A DNA stretch of 64,000 nt from Planctomycetota bacterium. GTDB lineage: Bacteria > Planctomycetota > B15-G4. The notes under the pieces were generated by a model. It did no database searches, was not told the origin of the DNA, and was given only the letters and a program-made list of their open reading frames with translations. The position numbers and the translations under genes were made by a program. Position 1 is the stretch's first letter, and each line of letters starts with the position of its first letter. Shown here one piece after another: positions 57,741 through 64,000 of the stretch. The stretch is taken from assembly GCA_029259725.1 (NCBI GenBank), contig JAJDER010000070.1:25387-89386 (forward strand), in the 5' to 3' direction.

Positions 57741-59072
57741 ATGAGAACCCACCACGTCGCCCTCGCCCTGTTCGCTCTCGGCGGCAGTCTCGCGAGCGCG
57801 CTCCCGGCCCAGCACGCCGGGCCCGACGCCCTGATGTCCTTCGTGCGTGCCACCGACGACGACGAGAAGCCCCGCCTGGGCGTGACCGTCGATGTGTCCG
57901 ACGACGGGCTGGTCGTCACCGAGATCTCGGAGGGCAGCCTGGCCGCGCGTGCCCGCCTCTCCGCCGGCGACGTGCTGCATCGAGTCAACGGCGTGATCGT
58001 CACGGGAGTCGCGGACGTGGCCAAGGGCCTGTCCGCCGTGCGCGATGACGGCGTCCACACGATCACCGTCATCCGCGAGGGTGAGGGCCTGGTCACCCTG
58101 GACGTCGAGCCGGTCCGCGAGCGTCGCCCCGCGCCGGAGCGTCACGAACGACGCGCCGATCCCGAGGTCCGGGGCGAGCCTCGCCTGGAGCTGCTGCCCC
58201 AGGGCGGCAGGACGCTGCGCTTCGACGCCGCGCCGTCCGGGGGCGGTGGCTTCCTGGGCGTGAACCTCGGCGCCGGTTCGGACCGAGGCGTGCTGGTCGC
58301 CGGCATCATCCCGAACAGCGCGGCATGGTTCGCGGGGCTGGCCGAGGGCGACCTGCTCGTCGCCATCGACGGCAACACCCTGACCACGCCCGACGACGTC
58401 GTCGAGGCCATCTCCGGCAAGGAAGCAGGGACGTTCATCAAGGTCAGCTACGTGCGCGAGGGCGAGCGCGGCTCGGTCAAGGCGCGCCTCAGCACGCGGC
58501 TGCCCACCGGCGCTCTCGGCCTGCTGTCCCCCGACAACCAGGGGTTCTTCGGTGGGGCGGTCCCCGGTGGCTTGACGCTCGACCTCAGCTCGCTCGCGGA
58601 GCTCGGGAGCGTCGATCGCGGAGCGCTGCAAGAGCTCGGCTACCTCGGTGACCTCGGCGACCTGCACGAGCACCTCGGCAAGCTGCACGAGCTCGGTGAC
58701 ATCGAGGGCCTTCACGAGCGCCTGCAGCAGCTGCACCTGGGCGACGGCGGCAACATGTTCTTCTTCGGCGGTGAGGACGACAGCGACCAGCCCCGCATGC
58801 GGCTCCAGCGCATGCACCGCGGCCACGCCGACCACGGCGGTGACATGACTCTCCCCGACGGCATCGGCAAGATCCTCAGGGAACACGGCATCGACGTCGA
58901 AGGCCACGGCAGCCTGAAGATCTCCATCGCTGACGGCGTCATGACCATCGACCGGGACGGCGACAGCCAGACCATCGAGCTGGACGACGACTTCGACGGC
59001 GTGATGCACCTCACCCACAAGATCGAGGTGATCGAAGAGGATCACGACCTCTTCGACGACGACACCTTCTAG
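57741..59072 (+). CDS. Secreted two-PDZ-domain protein without a protease domain
   Basis: Signal peptide; PRLGVTV...SLAARARLSAGDVLHRVNG; GFLGVNL...SAAWFAGLAEGDLLVAIDG; His/acidic C-terminus. Confidence 0.85.
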   Translation: MRTHHVALALFALGGSLASALPAQHAGPDALMSFVRATDDDEKPRLGVTVDVSDDGLVVTEISEGSLAARARLSAGDVLHRVNGVIVTGVADVAKGLSAVRDDGVHTITVIREGEGLVTLDVEPVRERRPAPERHERRADPEVRGEPRLELLPQGGRTLRFDAAPSGGGGFLGVNLGAGSDRGVLVAGIIPNSAAWFAGLAEGDLLVAIDGNTLTTPDDVVEAISGKEAGTFIKVSYVREGERGSVKARLSTRLPTGALGLLSPDNQGFFGGAVPGGLTLDLSSLAELGSVDRGALQELGYLGDLGDLHEHLGKLHELGDIEGLHERLQQLHLGDGGNMFFFGGEDDSDQPRMRLQRMHRGHADHGGDMTLPDGIGKILREHGIDVEGHGSLKISIADGVMTIDRDGDSQTIELDDDFDGVMHLTHKIEVIEEDHDLFDDDTF

Positions 59073-59114
59073 GGTCGGCGGGCAGACCGTCCTGCGACGT
59101 TCTCCGACGTTGCC

Positions 59115-59148
59115 GCGGGGGGCATCCTCACCAGGGGATGCCCCCCGC
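59115..59148. terminator. Hairpin between convergent genes, likely terminator
   Basis: GCGGGGGGCATCC-N8-GGATGCCCCCCGC followed by TTCGTGT. Confidence 0.65.
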
Positions 59149-59154
59149 TTCGTG

Positions 59155-59682
59155 TCAGGCCTTCCGGTCCGCGCGCTCCTGCGCCTCCACCGAGGCGAGC
59201 AACCGGTGCAGCGCCGAGGCCACGTGTTCGGCCCTCGCCCCCCGACACGCCGTGCCCACGTCCCACTGGCCCAGCACACGTCGGTCCGCCGGGTCGAGGC
59301 CGTTGAAGCCGCGCTGCTCCGCGGACAGGCCCTCGAGCGGAAGCGGCCGCGTCAGCGTGCGCGTCAGCGGCACCGACCGGCGGGCGGCGAGAGCGGCCAC
59401 ATCGCGAAGCGGATCGCGCCTCCGCTCCTGCTCGTGCAGCCGGCGTGCGTAGCGCAACCCGCTGCGTTCCCAGACGAGCCGGCAGAACGCCGTCGTCACC
59501 GCGATCCAGGCCCGCGGGTCGTCGAGGGCGTCGAGCGACCGGATCTGGCCGTCGCGCCAGACCGGAGTGGCCGGAGGCAGGGCCCCGCCGCCGGGCCGGC
59601 GTGCCCGGGAGGGCGCGCTGTGTCGTGCGACACGACCCGTGCGCCCGCGCCCAGGCTTCCCGGCCTCCCGTTCCTTCGCCAT
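59155..59682 (-). CDS. Hypothetical Arg-rich protein
   Basis: GGGGAGG RBS-like sequence upstream; fills the gap downstream of purB; no family recognised. Confidence 0.55.
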   Translation of the reverse strand: MAKEREAGKPGRGRTGRVARHSAPSRARRPGGGALPPATPVWRDGQIRSLDALDDPRAWIAVTTAFCRLVWERSGLRYARRLHEQERRRDPLRDVAALAARRSVPLTRTLTRPLPLEGLSAEQRGFNGLDPADRRVLGQWDVGTACRGARAEHVASALHRLLASVEAQERADRKA

Positions 59683-59781
59683 CGCGCCTCGCCTCCCCTC
59701 GTCCGGGCAGACTGAACCCGCCGCCGCGCGGGAGTCACGGGTGAATCCGCGGAGGGCGAGACGCGGAGCGAGGAGGCCAGC

Positions 59782-61221
59782 TCAGACGCGCACGTCGCCC
59801 GAGAGGCCCTCGATCTCCTCGGCGTGATCGGCCAGCAACGGGTCCACGACCTCGGCCATGAACTCATCGACCTGCTGCGGCGCGCGCCCGACGAAGCGCT
59901 CGGGCCGGGTGAGTTCGTCGAGCCGGTCCTTCACCGATGCGAAGAGCGGGTCCGTCTCGATGCGCGCGAGCAGGTCGTTCTCCCCGCCCTGCTCCTTGAC
60001 CACCTTGCCGGCCTGCAGGCTGTGCAGGCGGATGGCCTCGTGCAGGGCCTGACGATCCCCGCCGGCGCGCACGGCCTCCATCAGGATCGTCTCGGTCGCC
60101 ATGAAGGGCAGCTCGGCGACGAGGTGCCGCTCGACCACCTTCGGGTAGACCACCAGCCCCGACGAGACGCTGAGCACCAGCTGCAGGATCGCGTCGGTGG
60201 CCAGGAACGACTCGCTGATGGCGAGACGGCGGTTGGCGGAGTCATCCAGCGTGCGCTCGAACCACTGGGTCGAGGCGGTCTCGGCCGGGTTGAGCAGCAG
60301 GCCCTGCGTGAAGCGCGCCAGCCCGCAGATGCGTTCGCTGCGCATCGGGTTGCGCTTGTAGGGCATGGCCGAGCTGCCGATCTGCTCCTTGCCGAAGGGC
60401 TCCTCGACCTCCTTCAGGTGCGCGAGCAGGCGCAGGTCGTTGCCCAGCTTGGCGGCGCTCTGGCCGATGCCGGCGAGCACCGACAGCACGTTGAAGTCCT
60501 GCTTGCGTGGGTAGGTCTGGCCGGTCACGGCCCAGCGGCGCTCGAAGCCCATCGCCTTGCAGACCAGCTCGTCGAGCCGCTTGACCTTGTCGTGGTCGCC
60601 CTCGAAGAGCTGCAGGAAACTGGCCTGGGTGCCGGTGGTGCCCTTCACGCCGCGGAAGCGGAGGTTGGCGCGGACGGCGACGAGCGCCTCGTGATCACTG
60701 ACCAGGTCCTGGATCCAGAGGCACGCGCGCTTGCCCATGGTGGTCGGCTGGGCCGGCTGCAGGTGCGTGTAGGCCAGCGTGGGAAGATCGCGCCACTCCC
60801 GGGCGAACCGCGAGAGCGCCGCGATGGACGCCAGCAGCACGGGCTCGAGCACGTCGAGCCCGGTGCGGATCTGGAGCAGCTCGCTGTTGTCGGTGATGAA
60901 GCAGCTCGTCGCGCCCAGGTGCAGGATCGGGCGGGCCTCGGGGGCGACGTCGCCCAGGGCGTGGACATGGGCCATGACGTCGTGGCGCAGGCGTTGCTCG
61001 TGGGCCGCCGCGTTCTCGAAGTCGATGTCGTCGAGGTGCGCTTCGATCTGCTCGATCTGGCCGTCGGAGATCGGGAGCCCCAGCTCCTGCTCGGACCTGG
61101 CCAAGGCCAGCCAGAGGCGGCGCCAGAGGCCGAAGCGGTGGCGATCGGAGAAGGTCCTGCGCATGGCCTCGCTGGCGTAGCGTGAGGCGAGCGGAGAGGC
61201 GTAGTTGTCGCGGTCGGTCAT
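59782..61221 (-). CDS. purB: Adenylosuccinate lyase
   Basis: SPLASRYAS, RHDVMAH, THLQPAQPTT, GSSAMPYKRNPMRSE, FERTLDDSANRR. Confidence 0.96.
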   Translation of the reverse strand: MTDRDNYASPLASRYASEAMRRTFSDRHRFGLWRRLWLALARSEQELGLPISDGQIEQIEAHLDDIDFENAAAHEQRLRHDVMAHVHALGDVAPEARPILHLGATSCFITDNSELLQIRTGLDVLEPVLLASIAALSRFAREWRDLPTLAYTHLQPAQPTTMGKRACLWIQDLVSDHEALVAVRANLRFRGVKGTTGTQASFLQLFEGDHDKVKRLDELVCKAMGFERRWAVTGQTYPRKQDFNVLSVLAGIGQSAAKLGNDLRLLAHLKEVEEPFGKEQIGSSAMPYKRNPMRSERICGLARFTQGLLLNPAETASTQWFERTLDDSANRRLAISESFLATDAILQLVLSVSSGLVVYPKVVERHLVAELPFMATETILMEAVRAGGDRQALHEAIRLHSLQAGKVVKEQGGENDLLARIETDPLFASVKDRLDELTRPERFVGRAPQQVDEFMAEVVDPLLADHAEEIEGLSGDVRV

Positions 61222-61301
61222 GGGCGGGCTCACTGTAGCGACCGGTGACGGGGCGCCTCCACCGTCGGGCCGCCAGCCGGCCGGCACCCGCGCAGCGTGG
61301 A

Positions 61302-61778
61302 TCAAGCGGGCACGCTGGCCAGGCCCGCCGGAATCGCCGCGAGGGCCATCACGATCAGGGCGCGTGGCGACACGATCCGGCCGCCGGACAGGGCCCACGG
61401 CACACCGAAGGCACCCGCGGCGTCGGTGGCCACGTCGAGCAGCGACGGCGTGCGCCCGACGCGACCCTGGATCCACTCGAGGCCCCCGCCATAGGCCGTG
61501 ACCAGCAGCCCGGCCACGAGCAGGACACGCCCACGCGCGGGCCGCCCCGGGGCGAACGCCAGAGCCAGCAACACGGCCTGGATGCCGAAGAGCGGCGCGT
61601 GGCTGAAGTTGCCCACGAAGCGCCGCCAGGGAATCCACCCGGGTGGGCTGATGGACGACTTGGTGAGCAGGGCCCAGAGCAAGCCCGTCCAGGCCAGCAG
61701 CAGCACCACCAGCAGCGCGCGCGACCGCAGCGCCCACCACGGCCCGGGCCCCGCTCGCCGCGTGGCCGCCTCGTTCAC
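61302..61778 (-). CDS. VanZ-like membrane protein
   Basis: NFSHAPLFG...AYGGGLEWIQGRVGRTPSLLDVATDAAG. Confidence 0.78.
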   Translation of the reverse strand: MNEAATRRAGPGPWWALRSRALLVVLLLAWTGLLWALLTKSSISPPGWIPWRRFVGNFSHAPLFGIQAVLLALAFAPGRPARGRVLLVAGLLVTAYGGGLEWIQGRVGRTPSLLDVATDAAGAFGVPWALSGGRIVSPRALIVMALAAIPAGLASVPA

Positions 61779-62197
61779 GGCTCCCGGCCGAGCAGCCGCA
61801 ACATGGACACGCGGGTCCCGCCGCCCGGCACGCCGCGCACATGCACGAAGTCCATCAGCTTGTTCATCAGCAGCATGCCGCGACCGCGTTCGTTCTCGCT
61901 CTCTTCGTCCGAGGCGTGGATGCGCCCCACCGGCAGCAGCTCCGTGCCCCGGTCCTGGAGCGACACGAGCACGTAGCGAGCCGTGTGGCGCAGACGCACG
62001 TCGATCTCGCCATCGCCCTGGGTGCCATGCTCCCAGGCGTTGTCGAGCCCCTCCGAGAACGCCAGCACGATGGCGCGGACCTCCTCCTGCTTCAGTCCGT
62101 GGTCGCGCAGGAACGAGTCGATCGTCGCGCGCATCGCGCGCACCGGCTCCGGCGAGCCGTCCACGAGCAGGGTGCGGGCCAGGGTGGAGCCTTGCAT
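61775..62197 (-). CDS. Anti-sigma-factor/Ser kinase, RsbW/SpoIIAB-like HATPase_c
   Basis: LAFSEGLDNAWEHG, SLQDRG, ERGRGMLLMNKLMD, GGTRVSM. Confidence 0.88.
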   Translation of the reverse strand: MQGSTLARTLLVDGSPEPVRAMRATIDSFLRDHGLKQEEVRAIVLAFSEGLDNAWEHGTQGDGEIDVRLRHTARYVLVSLQDRGTELLPVGRIHASDEESENERGRGMLLMNKLMDFVHVRGVPGGGTRVSMLRLLGREP

Positions 62198-63093
62198 CAG
62201 TCGGCCCCGAGTTCGATCAGCATGGACAGGTCGAGGGCCGGTGCCGAGTGCGTCAGCGCACCGACCGAGATCCGGTCCACGCCCGTGGCCGCGACCTCTC
62301 CGGCATGCTCGAGCCCGATGCCGCCGGTGGCCTCCAGCTCGAAGGCGGCCCGGCGCGGGTGGTCCGCCAGGGCGGCGACGGCGGCGGTCAGGTCCGCGAT
62401 GTCGAAGTTGTCGAGCAGGATCACCTGCGCCCCGGCGTCGGCCAGTTCCCGCGCCTGTGCCAGACTCTCCGCCTCGGCCATGACCGAGACGTCGGCGGGG
62501 GCCTCGGCGCACACGCGGGCCGTGACCTCGCCCAGGCTCCCGCCGGCAGCCGCGAAGTGGTTCTCCTTGAGCAGCACGTGGTCGTACAGGGCGAAGCGAT
62601 GGTTGCGCCCACCGCCATGCACGACCGCCGCCTTCTCCGCCGCGCGCCACAGGGGGGTGGTCTTGCGCGTATCGACGATCGCGGCGGCGGTGCCCGCGAC
62701 CGCCTGCACGAATCGCGCGGTCAGGCTGGCCACGCCGCTCAGCCGCTGCAGCACGTTCAGCGCCGTGCGCTCGCCTTCGAGCAGCGAGGCGGCGGCGCCG
62801 CGGACCTCGAGCACCAGATCGCCCGGCGAGACGGCCGCGCCATCCGCACGATGGACCTCGACCGTGCAGGCCTCGTCCACGAGGGTGAACACCCGACTCG
62901 CGAGCGCCACGCCCGACACCACGCCGTGGGCCTTGGCGCGCACGGCGCCGTACGCCGACGGCCCCCGCCCCCCGAGACTCAGGGCGGTGGTGATGTCCCC
63001 GCGCGTGCCCAGATCCTCGCGCAGGGCGGCGCGCAGCAGGGCATCGCCATCCAGGCCGGCCGGTGAGGCCGTGTGGGCGGGGTCGGCAGCCAT
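62197..63093 (-). CDS. nadC: Nicotinate-nucleotide diphosphorylase (quinolinate phosphoribosyltransferase)
   Basis: ALREDLG..GDIT, ERTALN, DTRKTTP, NHRFAL, LKENH, ILLDNF, VDRISVGALTHS. Confidence 0.95.
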   Translation of the reverse strand: MAADPAHTASPAGLDGDALLRAALREDLGTRGDITTALSLGGRGPSAYGAVRAKAHGVVSGVALASRVFTLVDEACTVEVHRADGAAVSPGDLVLEVRGAAASLLEGERTALNVLQRLSGVASLTARFVQAVAGTAAAIVDTRKTTPLWRAAEKAAVVHGGGRNHRFALYDHVLLKENHFAAAGGSLGEVTARVCAEAPADVSVMAEAESLAQARELADAGAQVILLDNFDIADLTAAVAALADHPRRAAFELEATGGIGLEHAGEVAATGVDRISVGALTHSAPALDLSMLIELGAD

Positions 63094-63107
63094 GACGACC
63101 GCGGATG

Positions 63108-63464
63108 CTAGCGCACCCCGGACGCTGCGGACAGCGCCCAAAGGGGGCCCCAGCGTTCCATCAGACCCGGACCCACCCCCGAAACCGCGCGCAGGTCCTC
63201 CACCGTGAGGACGCCACCGGCAGCAACTCGCGCCACTTCCAGGCGTCCGGCGAGCGCCGGCCCGACCCCTGGCCAGAGCCGGAACGCGGCTCCGCTCAGG
63301 ACCTCCGGGCGAACATCCAGCACTGCGCCCGGTCGCTCTGACGCAGCCCCTGCCAGCACGGCGGCCATCGCCACGCGAAGCAGGGCCACCAGACCGAGCG
63401 CCAGCAGGGTCCGCTCGGCCCCCGACGCAGCCTGTCGTCCCGTGAGCGACGCACGCGTTTCCAC
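63108..63464 (-). CDS. Small ComEA-like helix-hairpin-helix protein
   Basis: TM helix, then FRLWPGVGPALAGR and DLRAVSGVGPG HhH motifs. Confidence 0.72.
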   Translation of the reverse strand: METRASLTGRQAASGAERTLLALGLVALLRVAMAAVLAGAASERPGAVLDVRPEVLSGAAFRLWPGVGPALAGRLEVARVAAGGVLTVEDLRAVSGVGPGLMERWGPLWALSAASGVR

Positions 63465-63503
63465 GATCGGCCTGACGGCGACGCGGCGCGTGCGTGACCA
63501 CCT

Positions 63504-64000
63504 TCAGGCGGCGCCGCCCTCGTCCTCCCCGAACTGGTCGAAGAAGTGGACGAAGACCCGGCTCAACTCGTCGTGGTAGGCCTCATCGTCCTGGATCGGA
63601 CCGCCGACCTGCTTGGTCGCGCCGACCGAGACCCGCGGGCCCTCCGCGCCGCGCTCGACCACCGCGAGCAGCACGTCCTCCACCAGGAACTCGACCCGGT
63701 CGTCGGAACGCTTCTGCGTGCGCACGCGCTGGGACAGGTAGCCGATGTCGTGGACGGCCCGCTCGAAGAGGTCGGCCGTGCCGACGCCGACGCCGGCACC
63801 GGCACCAGCACCGGCACCGGCACCGGCACCGGGCGTCGCGGCCGGAGGCGTGGCGGACGTCGCGCCCGAACCCCCGGCGTCCTCCGCGGAGCCCCGGCTG
63901 AGTTCCGGCGGAGGCGGAGGCACCGGTAGGGGTGCGGAAGCTCGTGTCGGTGTGTGCGCGGGACGCCCCGAGGTCGACGCGGGGGACGTCGGGCGGGAGC
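63504..64000 (-). CDS. 3' part of a hypothetical protein (frame open to the window edge) with Pro/Gly-Ala linker and small C-terminal domain
   Basis: No stop upstream of 63923 up to the edge; (GA)n from a CCGGCA hexamer repeat near 63781-63834; globular-looking tail DLFERAVHDIGYLSQRV... Confidence 0.6.
   Translation of the reverse strand, partial: SRPTSPASTSGRPAHTPTRASAPLPVPPPPPELSRGSAEDAGGSGATSATPPAATPGAGAGAGAGAGAGVGVGTADLFERAVHDIGYLSQRVRTQKRSDDRVEFLVEDVLLAVVERGAEGPRVSVGATKQVGGPIQDDEAYHDELSRVFVHFFDQFGEDEGGAA

Overview
Very GC-rich, gene-dense bacterial chromosomal segment with about 55 CDS and one tRNA-Gly(GCC). I found no integrase, transposase, prophage or CRISPR array. The gene repertoire (DUF1570 peptidase, carboxypeptidase-regulatory-repeat protein, triple YHS/TRASH protein, matrixin and HAF-repeat secreted proteins) suggests Planctomycetota or a related lineage; this is an inference. 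In order: an acyl-CoA operon (hydroxyacyl-CoA dehydrogenase, two cyclophilins, crotonase, thiolase, swivel-first aconitase-family protein); GNAT, GT2 and a second thiolase; a MoxR/DUF58/DUF4350/DUF4129 cluster with a fused RDD-SpoIIM gene; a metal/secreted-protein block (triple TRASH protein, PepSY, matrixin, HAF-repeat protein, PAS-HTH, Cus-type RND pump with a Cys-rich leader ORF); FIST, Na+/solute symporter, GT4 and a WcaJ-like transferase; then housekeeping genes (dusB, mpg, UbiD-family, PNP, hpt, recQ, add, speA, thiD, purB, nadC). Best leads: (1) two unrelated secreted proteins end in the same ~120-aa C-terminal domain, a candidate lineage-specific sorting/anchoring signal; (2) an orphan sigma-54-like promoter with palindromic upstream sites lies between them, next to a PAS-HTH regulator that lacks the AAA+ domain; (3) a CutF/CruR-like Cys-rich leader ORF heads the copper efflux operon. 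All product calls come from reading motifs by eye; no database searches were run.
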